A DNA stretch of 64,000 bases from Phoronis australis (Eukaryota; Animalia; Phoronida): the NCBI GenBank assembly GCA_002633005.1, contig NMRA01000045.1, positions 1,109,552 to 1,173,551 on the forward strand, read 5' to 3'. Shown piece after piece: positions 27,781 to 42,900 of this stretch (the stretch's first letter is position 1; every line of letters starts with the position of its first letter). The notes below the pieces were generated by a model. That model was given only the letters and a program-made list of their open reading frames with translations, made no database searches and was not told the origin of the DNA. A program made the position numbers and the translations under genes.

Positions 27781-30700
27781 CACTTAATATTATTCGTAAC
27801 ATTCAAGATATTTTAAATCCACGACTTTAGAGCAAGTTGTCAGGGATTTCCAGGACCTTTGATTTTCTACTCTTTCAACAGTTTGTATGGTCTATGTCCG
27901 AGGAAGCTTATCATCAAACAACGGCGATATAGGCTACCAAAAAGGACTAATTGGTACGTTTTTAAACTTAGAAGATGGTATTCGATGTTGAAGGCTGGTA
28001 TCTCTGTTTAGGGTAAATAAAAATCCCCTTACATGGTTCTCTGCGTTTGGATGATAAGAATACATAGTTCAAACACAAGGTGGCAAGCAGCTTAGTTTTT
28101 CCCGAACTTAATGTTCAGTGAAGCAAAAAATACAATTTCGCAAAAATGGCTGTTTTGTCAACGAGTGTGCGACATTAGGAACGGATTCTGATTTTCCAGT
28201 CATGGGGATTCGTAAAATATGTCATAGCATGTTGACCCGGGGGTCATGCAGTCACGGTGAATATTACGCTTACAAGGAAGGCACGCATTTCTAAAGATAT
28301 GCGGTAATTTTCACCGCTCGTCCTTCTGAGCGGCTTGTACCACGATCAAAGGTAGCGCGGCACCGGATACAGGTACAGTTGTGATGACCGCATTGCCCGA
28401 TGTGAGCAAACCCAATTAGATGTAATTATCCGACCATAAACTGTATTAGACATCTCTGAATGTACATAATGGCGAATTTTCAAAATGCATCAACCACTAA
28501 TTTTCGTTATAAACGATCACCACGGCGGTAGCTGGAAAAAACCCAACCAAGTACAGTTTTCGATTTTTAAAAATCGATGAAATAATAATCTAAAAACTAC
28601 ACCCATTGTGTACGATTGAAAATAAACAACCAGGCATATTGATATACTCGGTGGATATACAAACGATGATCAGAGTTAAGAATATCACATGGATTCATTT
28701 TTTAGTATTATTTCAATCTCGTTTAACCAGATTTTTTTACCAGGAAACAGTTGCTGTGCCCACTTTTTATTAATTACAAAGAGCTAGAATAGTTATATCA
28801 TGATAGTCAGTGCCACCGAAATTGTACAGTGATTCCAAATCTTCAGTTTGGTTATCACCATATTTGCACTTTTGTATGATTATATGATTTGAGTTCTAAT
28901 AAAGATTAAACTTTAATGACACGTGAAATGTTTAGTGTGCCTGTAATGTGGTAAGTTTAGGGATGGGCTCACAATGAACTTAACTAATTAAGTTTAGCTG
29001 GCGATCAAAATCTATCGTTATGGTACTTCAAGCTCAAAACTTAGATAAAAAGTTATCAACTCGGTAAGAAAAAAAGTTGGCAGAAGCATTAAATATGAAT
29101 CAAGAATGATACCAATATGAAACTTATCGTTCCTTTGGGAAGTGGCCCAATTTGTAAAGATAAAAACATCAAGGTAACCTTTTAAGTCATTTTGCAATAT
29201 CAAAAATGTACCAAGTTAAAATTACTCTCCCGGCAGAGTTAACTCTGCAAATGTCAGAGAAAACCAAAGGGGGTAGGCCTATTGTTGTGAAGCGTGACTT
29301 CCGGTTGTCACGACACGTAGGCACTGTCGCTCGTGCAACCCGGGTTCAAGTCGCGGTCATCACATTTTCTACAGTAGGCCTGCTAATAACAATTGTTGAG
29401 AGACAGTAATGCCAGCAATTACCTTTTCACTTCATTAGCTCAGATCTACTTTAATACAAAGGGCGTGCTGACTATAGGCCTAGCAAAAGTTGTCTGGGGC
29501 TTAGGGAATCAGAGCGGCCACAAGTGTAAGCGAGAACTTCTCCACATTGAACCGGGGAAATCATTCACCCGCAACCATTGTCAAACAAAGTAATGATGTT
29601 TATTATAGGCCAACCTCACTACGACCAAAGATACTAGTATAAAATCTTTGCTACGACTAGGCCAGGAAACTGAGCAAATGGAATTTAGAGCCCGGTTTGC
29701 TATTTCAGTGGTGATCGTCCCTTAGTTAACACTGCAGCGACCATGAATTCTGTTATCAAGCTGGAGGCGCTACCTATTGTTGAAATTGAATTTATGCTAC
29801 TTATGTGTTACCAGAGACCGTAGAGAGCGTCTTTGGTGTTACTAGACACGTTATCCGTCTGTAAATTAAAATATGTTACTAAGTTCTGTAGTTCTGCATT
29901 GACAAACTTTTGTGACAATGAATCTACCTAAAGTCAGTGACGTGCAACCTAATATAAACACAAAGTTTGCCTCGATCCAGCTAATGACTGTGGAAAGTGC
30001 TCAACAGTATCTTGCAAGTGCGGTGTGAACACATGACTATTAGCTCACCCCAATGTGACACAAGATCACAAAAGCCGCAACGGAGACTAGGGCACTCGAA
30101 CCCAGTTTCGAAAAACCGGAATTTCTACCAGTCTCCAGGCTTCACTATTGAAAACTATCTGAAAGCTTAGCAATTTTCAATGACTTTTTGGGATATGCAA
30201 TTGATTATTTCATTGAAATTACAAAAATGCAATATTCTGTAGCTTCTTGTTAAACATTTATTTTGTCACCCACCTCGTTCATTAGTCAGTAACCTTACAT
30301 GCCCCAAATGTATTCGGTTTATATAGTGCATTAAGTTTGGTATAACTTTTCAGGTCATATTCCCTGTCAAGTCATTTATTTTGTGTACTCCACCTCATTC
30401 TTTTGCCTTTGCATGCCCTGACAGTACTGGTTTTTATACAGTATAACATTTGGTATAATATTTTAGATCTTAATCATTATTAACCACTTATTTTTGTGTA
30501 TTGTATCTACTCTAATGTTAATCATTTTGCAATCTTTATTTTGTTCTTTTTTGAATATTCCGGCATCTTCCCTCATTCACCTTAGCTATTCTTATATTGC
30601 GGCACTAGTCCATGTATTTAATTTTTGTTATTTCATTTTCCCCCATGGCACATTGGTGAGCTAACGTCTGGCACCAGTTTCTGAATTTGGGCAAATGTAC

Positions 30701-32622
30701 CCCCCCCCCTTCTTAGGTGACACTTGGAGTTAGGGTTGGGTATCCACCCCACAGCCTTGTATGTAGCCCTGCCCAAACCCATCTTCCGCACTCCTTTCAC
30801 TCGTCCCTGCGGATGGGCACGAGTTGTTTTTAACATCTCTTGTGGCGGTTTGTTATTGTTCACCTTTCCAGAGATAGTATTTTCCTACTATTTACTACTC
30901 TCCTACATTGTTTTGTATCCCAAGTCTGGTACTGACCCATTAAGCCAACCTCTGGTCTCCTTTTCATCTCTGGAAACGAGCTTGCGATGCATGATTTTTG
31001 TATAGCCCAATTGTCAAATGTGAAAGTTTTAAGCGGGTACACTTAGCTTAATTTGACTAAGAGTGGCCAAGTTTATTGAAGACAATTGTTTGACATTTAA
31101 GGGAGAATTTACAATGTTACCTGGACAAAAACACAAACTCTTTAATAATTTCGAAAATTCTTTGTTCAACACAAAGTCTTTCCAGTGAAAAAATGTACAT
31201 TCACTACCATTGATCCATGGACTTGCATAATGGTTGGTTGATAGATACTTCCTTTAACAGGTGGTGGGTGTGTTTCCATAGCAGTCCCTCTAAATTCTAG
31301 CTGCAGTATATTTAACCCCAGTGCCTAACCAGCAAACACCAAACCCTTGTTACAAATCTGACCTACACCCCTAAATTCCAAACATGTGCCTAAAATGCTT
31401 CATGACCATGATTTCGATTTGGTCCATTCTCTGATACCATCTTTGAGATACTAAGTCAATTATATGGTAGTTAGTCAGGCACATTGTGTTTACCAAACTG
31501 CATGACCTGTTATGCAATTCAGTTCTGCCTGTCACCTTTAAATTTATTGCTCTGGTGCAAAAGTCCAGCCTTTAAAGCCACGAGGGACCCTCCATGGATG
31601 TTCAAATTCTGCAAATTTCAAAACATTATATCTCAGAAATGGCTGATTAGATTCAAGTGAAACTTACGGATACCATGCATCATACATGGTTCTCCCAAAC
31701 GTTGTTAGGAATTGTTTAAAAAAAGGTTACAATTTTGCTTGAGGGGTCGTAAAATGATTTTTATTAGTAAATACAAAAGTTACTTAAAACACAGAAAAAA
31801 CGATAATGTAAAAAAGCTAACAACGTTTTTGAAAATATCTTCTCGAACATTTATATCAATGAAATTTGGTCATGTTGTTAACATCGTTATACAACAGATG
31901 TTCCTTTCTTGTTTAAATTTCACTAAAAGTCCTGATCATGTGACTCAGTTAAGAGCAGATCAAACATTAAATTCTACTCACTTTCTACTTTCAGAAACAT
32001 GCTTTTACTGAGTTAAAATCTATAATTTTGTAGAGACTAGGCTAAATAAGCAGACTACTCTACAAGGTCCCTAGCATAACCTTAAACGAAGGTTTATCAA
32101 AGTTTGGAGTGAAAAGTGTCGCACTTAAAAATGCAAATGCTCAGGTAGATACCACCCAGAGCTTAATTATGATTGGCTGAAATCGATGTTATGCAATGAC
32201 TTAAATATCTTTGAACCAGTTCAGTTATCGCCGTGTGATTTCCATCACTAATAGTGGTCCTCACTAAGGGTACCCCTATAGGATGACCTTCAGTTCGGAC
32301 CATGAGCGAAATTCAAACTTGGGTACGCAATCTCGTCCTCAGACATGGGGATTTTTCGGCAAGTGTGCGTGAAGTTTATGGGTGCAGGTATGATGTTTAT
32401 GGGCTCTTGGTTGGAATTTAGAGTATCTCTTGGAGTCATTTCCACCCTCTGTGGAACACCAACTTTCAAAACGCAGGTGAAGTTTTTTACATGACAATGC
32501 ACAGTTGTTCAAGGCATCATGGTATCCCTCTTCTTAAATCCTTCATAGATACTTTCTTGTTGTCACTAGTCATTAGTCTAACCACCACACTTATGTCAAA
32601 GTTGCATCATGCAATATAACAG

Positions 32623-32784
32623 TCACACATTCTGACTGACAGGTGCTGCCCCCTGTGCACCAGCTGCAGAGGTTGGAATTTCAATGTTTAAGTTGGGTAG
32701 CAGATTGCACGTTGTTATGATGTCGATTCTGTCTTCTAGATGAAACAAGTTGTTAGTGACCTGTCTAATGTTTTGAGACACCTC
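32623..32784 (-). CDS. BLOC1S3: BLOC-1 subunit 3, coding exon 6 (last)
   Basis: Acceptor TTTCAG at 32785, phase 0: EVSQNIRQVTNNLFHLEDRIDIITTCNLLPNLNIEIP...NV*. Aligns with the human BLOC1S3 tail (recalled as HSVRLARGDLCALAERLDIVAGCRLLPDI). Confidence 0.9.
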   Translation of the reverse strand, partial: EVSQNIRQVTNNLFHLEDRIDIITTCNLLPNLNIEIPTSAAGAQGAAPVSQNV

Positions 32785-33294
32785 CTGAAACGAGTAGATT
32801 TGTTTCAAGATTGGATCACTGTTTAGAAATTTTAACACTGTAGAGGTTCACAGAACATATAGCTATGATACACACTTGCATGGAATTCTACAAGTCATGA
32901 AAGATGAACTTTCAGTGAAAAACCACCACAATTTGCTTAACAGCAGCAACACAACTATTCTTTGAACTCCCCTTTTAAAGGTGTTGTTGTTCTTTTATCT
33001 ACATCAAATCACCTCATTTTAATTTAGTTTAAAAATTCTACCCACTGATAAATGTTTAGAGAAGCACCATTTACAAAAAATTATGAATATTGGAAACTCT
33101 GTGCACTCCCCATGATCAAGACAATGCAAAGACAGTTTTGGTACATGAGAGGGAGAAATCACCTTTCCAATTTGCCGACACGTCCCTACCAACACCCCCC
33201 TCATGTTAAGGGATCACAAACTAGATCTCCCCTTTAGATAATATTGTCAGATATGTAGAACACTTAACCGTGATTATCTGACACAGTTTGATAC

Positions 33295-33416
33295 CTGAAC
33301 AGTTGACTGGGTCCTCATCAAGAACTGTGTGGTGTTGTGCAGATCACGACTCGCTCTCTTGTATGGCTGACATCTAGCTTCTATCAAGTTTTTCCTTAAG
33401 CTGACGTTCTTGTCAA
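33295..33416 (-). CDS. BLOC1S3: BLOC-1 subunit 3, coding exon 5
   Basis: Acceptor TTTTATAG, donor CAG|GTATCA; 122 nt, phase 1 to 0: (F)DKNVSLRKNLIEARCQPYKRASRDLHNTTQFLMRTQSTVQ. Compare human VYRRAGRDV. Confidence 0.88.
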
Positions 33417-34260
33417 CTATAAAACAGGACACCTCAAATAAGGCTCAGGTCAAAGTTTTCCATTGTACTTCACAATCATATTGTTCTTTTTGAAATGCAA
33501 TGTTAACTGGTTTTTCTTTTTTTATTGCAGCAGCTGTAGACCTGCCTTTCATCACAAAAAACAACTTTTGATATTAGCCACCTTACCGTTATGACATCTG
33601 TCTCATATTGCTCCTCAGTCAAAGTTGTAAGTACGTCGTCGCAGGGTATCGAAAGAAACGGTAGTTCATAATTCCTCGAGATCAGGCTCTACAATCGGGC
33701 TCGACAACGGGGTTCTACAAGCTGGCTTGTCACAGGGTGTCATTTTACACACATAGCAAAGTCCCAATGAATAACAAACTGCCATTTTTGCAAACACAGA
33801 TACGAAGGTACAAGTTGAGACCAATTTCATAGCAGCAAGTGGTCTCAATCAAAAAGAAGCATTTCTAGCCAATTACCCCAAACATAAAGTAAACCCAACT
33901 CTGTGACAATATAGTTTAACACATTGACAGTGTTTATCAAGAATCCTGTCTAGACTGTGGTCGAATTTTGGTAAGTTAGCTTACTAATGGAAGACCTTAA
34001 TCCCAACCAGTGCGACCTGGGATCTTCAGTAACAAGAATGGCATATACACTATTTGATGATAAAAAGGCCCTCCCTATCACTTTTCTAAGGCAAATTCAT
34101 AGTCGACTTGTATTGGTCGGACGTCTAATCTATCCACAGATACATGTACATTAAGAATTCACGGAGATGAAATCAAGAATGCTGATTCTCCATCTTAAAA
34201 GAGCTCTAAAATGTATACCACTCTTTTGTGTGGGGCTTAGTTAACTAAAAAAATACTTAC

Positions 34261-34280
34261 AAAGTTTTCGATGTAATAAC
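34261..34280 (-). CDS. BLOC1S3: BLOC-1 subunit 3, 20-nt micro-exon (coding exon 4)
   Basis: Acceptor CTTTTATTTCAG, donor GTAAGT; encodes (T)LLHRKL(F), compare human SLLQLRL. Phases 2 to 1 exactly bridge the neighbouring exons. Confidence 0.85.
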
Positions 34281-36025
34281 CTGAAATAAAAGAATATGAT
34301 ACAGGTGCATTTTGTAACAAATCTCAAGAGATAAAGCATACTAGCGAGATATCATCAATCAGACAAAAATAACTCATTTACTGCTGTCTGCCATTGTTGT
34401 GAAAGTCAGAAATTTTCTATACTGTTTGGTGCAAGAGCAACAGGCAGTATACACAAGGAAGTTCGTGGACTAAGAGTTTGCTCTTGTGCAATGTACTTGG
34501 GTCACTGAGACACTACTGACTCATGCTGAGTCATGAAGAACTGTGACCAGCAAAGTGCATTGTGGGTAACAGTGAGATAATACCGACTTGTTTTTCATGA
34601 GGAAGGGCTGTGACCAGCAAAAACACTGTTACAGAAAAAAATGGGAAATAATTAACAGTTGGTACAAAGTCACTAACCAACAAGACTGTCATAAGCCTGA
34701 GCAGTTACAATGGTACCAGATGTGGCTAACAGGATTGTTATTCAAGGAGTGTTGAGTCAGAGCTTGGTGTTAACCTCACTCACTATTGACATAACCAATA
34801 CACTGTAAACCATGCTGGAACTACTTATCATCATAACTACATTGTCAAAAATCACTATGCAAGACCTTGCTATTACTCCCAACTCCCAACTATAGATATA
34901 CACTCCTGCACATTAATGCAGACAGATGGTAAAATATTTGACTGACTGTTAATTGAGATTTAAGTTATTCCTATAGAGGGCGGTACCGTAGTTGCACCCC
35001 ATTATTGTAACACTGTTACTGGTTAGAAACAGATCGCTCCTGTTAACTAGGGATTGTTACATAATAAATTAGTATCAGATTTAATCATTCCTTTTCATCC
35101 ACTCACAAAAAATCATTTTGTAATTTTTCTATACAAGATCTATAGCACAAAAATAATGCTTTACTACATCTTCAGTTTCTGTACCATGGCCTACCTGGAT
35201 CAAGACCTTGAAAAATGAAAAAAGTAATTTCAGCAATTATTTTGTCCCAAACTGGTGAGATTTTACCGTACGGTATCCAAAATGTGCTTGAATATTCGTT
35301 ATTCCTTAAATTGAAATCCACTTCTACAATGACAAATGTTCACAGAGCCACACTGAAAAGGGACGTTTATGTAACAACACAAATGCTGCAGTCCTGAACC
35401 TTGACTTTAAACATTTTTCAGTCAGCAAGTAAGGGAAAAAATATCTCGTGAGAGTGTTAAGGGAAATTTGGGATTTCTGAAATAGCAAATAACAGTGAGC
35501 AGAAAGTTCTTCAACTCTGAACATACATAAATCACAATTTCATCCTTATTCATTGAAACATGCTTCGAAATGAAACCATTTTTCATCACAAATTTTCAGT
35601 CCCTTTCCACCCCTACACTGGGTTATGACTAGGGAGGATGTGAAATTTGGGACCCTTTCCATGAAATTTGGAATGACACATGGTGCAACCCAACATCCAT
35701 TAGTGAAATTATGTAATATCAACAGTTTAGTAGTTCATATTTTGTAAATGACAATGTGAAGGAAATAGCTATAGTTAATGAGACAATATCTCACCGAGAG
35801 TATGATGTCCTTGTTTATAGTATCTCACAGATCAACCCCTCTTCACATTAATAGACTACTATTAATTTTACTGAGAATATGGCCTCAAAATCTATAATGT
35901 TACATTGATTAAACATTGAGCAGTCCTCGACTTCATTCAACCGATTAGAGGCAGATAACAGGATGCACACATATGAGCACTAAAACAACTACTAGTTCCA
36001 TGTTCCAGCAATTTTTGTTACTTAC

Positions 36026-36128
36026 GTCTGATACTTCAACTTGTCTCCATTGCTGAGTTTCCGAGCACTAGGTGGAGCTCGTGTAGTGTCATCTGCTACC
36101 TCTGGTTCTACCCTGATGTTGGGTTGAA
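36026..36128 (-). CDS. BLOC1S3: BLOC-1 subunit 3, coding exon 3
   Basis: Acceptor GATTTCAG, donor GTAAGT; 103 nt, phase 1 to 2: (V)QPNIRVEPEVADDTTRAPPSARKLSNGDKLKYQ(T). Joining to exon 2 gives IPPLRVQ, compare human LPPLVVQ. Confidence 0.85.
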
Positions 36129-37349
36129 CTGAAATCACAGATAGAGGTAGGTTTACTCTCGCAGCAATAAAAGTGCTGCAGTGTTAGTTGCTGCATGAAT
36201 TTGCACTTAACTGAGAACTGCCACTGGAAATTCAGTAGAACAAAACAATGTTTATGTAGAATATAACGAATGAAATGCAAAAGCCAACAATTTTCTCAAG
36301 CAGTCAATGGCAAATGATGCTCAATGAAAATTCTCCAGTTTAGGACACGGAAAGTTAAATTATTTTGCTCAAAGTTGGAGTTTGAGCTTTAAATAAAGGC
36401 AATATTGGGAATCCCAAATTTAAGAATTACGATTTATATCTAACGATCACTCAATGTACATTGATGTAACCCACTATGGGGACACGTGAAAAATTTCTGT
36501 CGGCGGATATTTCCACTAGGATATATGAATATCAAGTCTATCTTAATTTATTGTTGATATAAAACGCCGTGTTCGATACATGAAAAATATGAATGCCACA
36601 ATCGCCCAATCTTCGGACAGAAAAATTGATTTCAGCTTTAATTTCAGTGTCCCAAGTTCTAGAGACTGCCCAAACTGGAGAATATTTACCATAACCACCA
36701 AGATATTGAAATTTGTTTCCTTTTCGCAACAGATACATCTATGTTTGATCTCACGCATGAATAGTCTAAAGAATTGAATCCATCTTGTAACAAGAACTGT
36801 AATTTACAGTAACTTAATAAGCACAATGAATTACTCAATGACTCAACCAATTTCCGATGCAGCGAAAAAATACATGAAACACAAGTTTTCAATTATTTAC
36901 TGTTTTAATGACAGATCAGCGATGAAAACAATAAATCACTACTTGAAAGTCGATGATCAGTCTTGTAACTTTGACAAAGGATTCAAAGAATTCCAGATGA
37001 ATGTTTTCATGACAACATAATCTATTTAAGTTGGTGTTGGAGTCATCTTTCCTCATAACAATGTAAACACTGACAAATTAAAATAGATTCTTGATGCAAA
37101 ACATCCATCAGTGAGAGTCTGTTGGAGTTTGAGGTGGTTGGAGGAATCCAATTGATTGGATAACTTAACATAAAAGCTTATGCGTGCTAAAATTCTTTAA
37201 TGTGACAATTTAAGAACATTTACATTATTTTGCTAATTTACATAAAACTTATTTCCAATTTAATTGGTAATTATTCAAGTAAAACATAAGCAACTATTAG
37301 TGCTGACCATGCTCTTAAATTGATGACGATAGCAGAGGCCCCTGGCGAT

Positions 37350-37530
37350 AACTTCGATAAGACCTGAGCTGACCCTTCATACTGCACCACAGCATCGATG
37401 CTCCGCTGTTAAATCCACCCATTAACTGGTACTGTTAACTTCGATACAGGAACAAAGTTAACCGTTCATACTGACCGCAACTCCCCAAAACAATACATCG
37501 ACGCATCAACGTTAGTATGAAAAGGTCTTC
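37350..37530 (+). mobile_element. Small MITE, copy 1 (copy 2 at ~55233-55410)
   Basis: Shared TTAAATCCA...AACTTCGAT.CAGGA...TTCATACTGACCGCAAC...GTTAG; CCTTCATACT/AGTATGAAAAGG-like termini. Confidence 0.7.
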
Positions 37531-40500
37531 AGAAATTCATCCGATTTCAGGGCATGCATGAGGCTATAGCAACTGCCCTCAGCATTTCATTGCATGACAA
37601 ATGCAAGACAAACATTGCCCTCCCACATATTCTGTACAATAGTTCTTATTAATGGCTTCCTTTACTCATTAATGCAATTGATTCTTTTCTTATGACTACA
37701 GTTCTTTTCTCATATCATAAACTCAATTCTTCAGAAATCAGTTCTTTTCTGTTAACAGCACCTTTTCTTGCTTGACAAGAGGCGTGAGTTGCAGGTGCTT
37801 GAAATCACATAGCACAAGCTTACCTGCTCGTCAGTATACTAGGGAGACATACTAATCACGAGTGCAAAATTTGTGAGAATAGAATTAAAAAGAAGCTGAA
37901 AAGGGTTGGTCTCTGGAGCAGGAGAAAACAAAAATCACCACAGACTTTGGCAAAAGTGTGGCCGGCCCCTTCCTGATGTACAAAACAGGAGAGAAGAATT
38001 AGGTTGCTGACAAAAAGATACAAATTGGCTAACTTGAAAACAACAGGTATCAGACTACCTGCAAGTCTAATGTAGTGTACAAGATTCTGATGAAAACAGA
38101 GCTCAGGAAGTCAGCAGCCCCTGAACATACATACCTTGGAACTGAAAGGCTAGCCTTTACTAGAGACAAAAGCATTACCATTCCGTTACTTTTGTTAAAA
38201 CAATGCAGAAAGGGTTTAATCCTTCTTTCGTAAACAGAAGTGCTTTGATCAGTTGTGAGTGGGTGCATCTCATTTCCTTCAACAATTTCAAAGAAACAGT
38301 TCAAGGTACTGTAGTAGTTTAGGCATTTTTTGACAGTAAAAGCAATCTTATTCAGTACCCACATCCTAAATATGATGTCTAGAGGTAGGCAGGTGATGAT
38401 TTAACCTGATCTTCAAAGAATATTTAAAAATACCTACCATAAGCATCACAAATGGAAAAACAAGGAATGCTAAGTAATTAATTCATATGCTGTACAGTCA
38501 GAAGGCAGATCCGCTGCCTGAGGAAATTGACACCTAAACCCTGAATGCTTGTTAGACGGCTGACCTGCTTTTTGCTGCCCGTCCCAAAATCAGACAGCAA
38601 ACCAACTTCTAACATGAGAATCATGGTAAAGTGATCTGAAATTTGAACAAAAACAATGGCCAAAATTTTTATTTTTTAAATGCTCACTCGGTACTGTCAA
38701 AAAGTTCACCGTGTGTTTGTTGAAGACAGCTGTACTATGTAAAACGTTCAAATAATCCCGTAAAATTGTTGAGTTTTTACAAATGTCATAAAAGCCATGC
38801 TATATTTATAATATATTTTACTTAACATTTTCATTTGATAGTATTATTGATATTACCGGGTACTACTTTTTTAACAGAGTCTTGATATTTATATTTACTC
38901 GTTTTGGGCTTTAGTTGTATCAGTGGTCCATCCGGTGCATCCACATTTTTTGATGAACTCTGTAGCAAACTAGATTTATGCAATGATGCAATGGTCATTC
39001 ACATAATAGTTGCCTAGTGACAAAGCTGACCATTACCATATGTGGCAATTGTTGTAATTGTTGTGAAAGTTCTTTGAGTTGTTTTCTGTTATTTCTAGTA
39101 GAATCTTGCCTGATTTTCACGGAAGAATACTTCGAATTTATCTCCAAACAGACCCCAAACTCCTACGTGGGACCTTGATAAATTGGCCTGCCGAACTTTG
39201 TAGGCTACCGTGTGTCAAAATACCAATAAATCCGTAACAGTAAAATAAACAACACGTTTTACAAGAACTCGGTGTATTTTTAATGGTTTTACATCAAATT
39301 TTGATGATTAGTTGGAGTTAAACATGAATTCAAGCGATAAGCTGACACCAGTAACCCGTGTTGTGAACTGCTGAACAGACTGCGTGTGAAACCAGTGATG
39401 TCATTGGATAATTTCAACACCTCCGTCTGCCGTTAGGTGTCAGGTAACGCAACCGAACGTGCCGATAACGAATAGAGTTACTCGATCTAAGTTGATACAA
39501 AATAGGTTGTTTTTTGGGTGGCATGCTCCTTTAAGTTTAGTACATGCAACCCACACAATTGTAACTTGTATATAAACCTTTTCACTTTTCTGATAAAAAC
39601 AGTCATCACTTTGCTACTGTCAGTTGCTGTTACTAGAGCAAAGACGTTAACAAGACTATTCACTTTGGCCGACACCAATAGCACTTGATGATCTTATCTA
39701 CCAAAAATGTTCGAGAATTGCCTTGGTGAGTAGCCGGTTGACTGGACACGTGACAATCTAACACTTATTTTCCGGGAGATTCGGGGGTTGTAAGGGTGCG
39801 GAATGTCAGTGGGTTATTTTGACTTTCAATATACCAATTATGATTATTTAAATAACTCCTCCTAAAAATAACTTGAACGTTTTTATGGTATTAGAAACTT
39901 TCAAAAATTAGTGCCAATACTTATTTCTTGGCGATGCTATGCTACCTGTTTCATGAATATAGTACCCGAAGATTAATGTCTTCAATGACCAGTACTTGTA
40001 TGTAGCACGCGCTTACTGGCCACGTGCTTTTAGCAAAGGTCAATTTTTTATTAGTCTTCAATTCCCAGTTTTCGCGTGTACAAAGAAATCTGGATTCCTG
40101 TTGAGAGAGATAATCTGCACGGGAAAGACACAATACAATCCCTTTGACAAGTACGCTGCATCTGTTCTGAAAGGCCAGACCATAATGAGACGCGTTCCTC
40201 GCAAGATCAGCAAAACTTTTGAATTCTTTTTGAAGCATGGCGGAAATTTGAAGTGTATAGTCATGGCTAAATACAGACATAGCGGCGAGGCTCGCAGAGA
40301 TAGCTTTCTTCCCCCAATATTCCAGGTGTTAATATCGATTCATTAACAAGTAAAACTTTAAACGCACAAACTGTTTTAAAATAAAATTTAAAATTTAAAA
40401 ATTAACAGACTCTCTTCCCCCCAACCATCAAATGTTCTATAAGCTAATGTCCAAAAATTGCCCTCTTACGCCATCCAAAAACAGGTCCAGAACTTTGTTT

Positions 40501-40585
40501 CGAAAATTCACACCTTACGACATTTTATATTGAAGCAGCGGGGCCTGTGCCCAGTTACATGAAACAGCTCTAAATATTGACTCAA

Positions 40586-40757
40586 CTGGGGGAGATCCAG
40601 GATTTTTTAAAAGGGGGGGGGGTTGGATCAAAGTTTTTTTAAAAAGGGAGGCCCCCAAGTCAACAATTTGAAAATTCTAACTTTGATATCACTAAAATCA
40701 AAGGGAAATGGGGGGTCCGCACCCCTTTGATCCTCCCCCACCCTGGATCTGCCTATG
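40586..40757 (+). mobile_element. hAT-like MITE (diverged subfamily)
   Basis: CTGGGGGAGATCCAGG...CCTGGATCTGCCTATG with a perfect 5-bp TSD CTCAA. Confidence 0.8.
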
Positions 40758-41390
40758 CTCAACTGAGTTGCCTAAATAATTTGCTTATTTCTTTTGTTCT
40801 TTACCCACAGTTTTTATATTTATCTATCATTTTATCTTTATAATGAGCTCCTCTTTTGATGTTTTCTAAGTATAACTAAAAACTGAGCCCTTAATTCAGT
40901 CAAAATATTTAGTGACTAAGTCCTTACATTCGAGGCATTACATGAAAAGATCCTTACTTATTTTCAATAATATTGAGAATTCAATGTAGAAAACTCACAA
41001 ATATGCAATAGTTATAGGGAACACAGGGGAGTCTCTATTTGGGACTGTTTCACTGGACGCTCAGCAGCCGTGCGTGCTGGTATCTGAAATGGGTAGCGAA
41101 TTGGGATGAGTTTTGTTGAATGAAACTGGAGGCAAGAGGGGTAGGGGGTTGAAAACCAGCAAGAGATGGAATTCATGCCTGCAGTCCAGTAAGCCTGTCT
41201 TGCATGCCCCCACAAAACAACCAAGATGCCTATTGAATGCACAGTCCATTTAGGGTAGTTTTTACAATGGTTTCCAGCTCTTGTAAACCATTCACATTTT
41301 GTATTAATAAGTCAACTATCAGCAGATAGTTAAAGGCATATTCAACCTACATCGGCAGGTAAAAGTGGCTAACTTCAAAGTAAATAACAT

Positions 41391-42149
41391 AAAGATGCCT
41401 TATTTCCTGACTTGATGCTTCATAACACGTCTCAAAACAAACCGACATTGTCACTGAGTGCAACAGGGTTTCCAAGGTAATACACACTATGGAGAAGTAC
41501 CCAGCAATGTAGGGTTCAACATGCCTCTAAACGAACATTTCCTATGGCAAATTATCAAGCAGGTTACCAAACCATAAATTAATATTTATTATGCACTGAA
41601 GTCCATTCCATGATCATATAATAGTGAATATAATTATCTGTTAGATCTAAATGTATTAAGACTGCAGAAAGAAATGAATAAACTAATACGAAGCATCAAT
41701 GGGCATAAAATAATAAAACTAATCATGTAAAGAGCTTATGATAATTCTTTATACAAGCGATCAAATNTGAAAAAAAGATGCCTTATTTCCTGACTTGATG
41801 CTCCATAACACGTCTCAAAACAAACCGACATTGTCACTGAGTGCAACAGGGTTTCGAAGGTAATACACACTATGGAGAAGTACCCAGCAATGTAGGGTTC
41901 AACATGCCTCTAAACGAACATTTCCTATGGCAAATTATCAAGCAGGTTACCAAACCATAAATTAATATTTATTATGCACTGAAGTCCATTCCATGATCAT
42001 ATAATAGTGAATATAATTATCTGTTAGATCTAAATGTATTAAGACTGCAGAAAGAAATGAATAAACTAATACGAAGCATCAATGGGCATAAAATAATAAA
42101 ACTAATCATGTAAAGAGCTTATGATAATTCTTTATACAAGCGATCAAAT
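41391..42149 (+). repeat. Near-identical 383-bp-period tandem duplication joined across an N; probable assembly artefact
   Basis: 41391-41766 versus 41774-42149; only two substitutions seen; N at 41767. Confidence 0.9.
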
Positions 42150-42900
42150 GCAGAGAACAGTAAAGACATTAAGTTCGAATCACCCAATTCATCAATGGTT
42201 GACTGGCAACAGTTTCACGCAAAAACATCCTTCGTTTCAGTCATGAACATCATGTGTTTTAATCATTGGGAAGCGAAAATAGCGTAATCTACAAATTTTC
42301 AAGTAACTGTTGCTGTAGCCATAGAAAGTGCAAAAAACACCATGGCTCTTGTGACAATATGTGATTGACCAGCATTATGCATTTTAATGTTATCAATCAA
42401 AAACAATTAAGGATGTGTTTGTAAAGAGAAGTTGATCTCCTTTCTAACCAGACATTCTACATAAGTATAATGAAAACCGTATATTGCATTACTTCCCACT
42501 AGCCTCAAGAGGGCACACTGAAAATTGCCCTTTTAAATCGATGCGTTCTATTCTTCCATTAATAAAAACATAGCTGCTGAATTTCATGAGCACAAGTCAC
42601 TTGGCAGGTAACAAAGTGAAGGTCAAAATTTATCATTGCCACAATGCCAGGTTGTTAATGAAATTGGTCACATACTAGCAGTGCTCTTATGAACGAAATT
42701 CACAACACAGTAACCAAAGAACATAATTTTCATTCGTTTTTAGTTTCATATATCACGACCTTTGAAAAAGTTGTGCAATAGGAAATGCACTCATTGAGAC
42801 AAGTTGCGTAATTTACAGTTTGGTTGTGTCAAGTAATGCAAAAACGCACAGGCACAGCCTCTGGTGAACACTGTATACATTATGTAATTCTTTTATCCCA

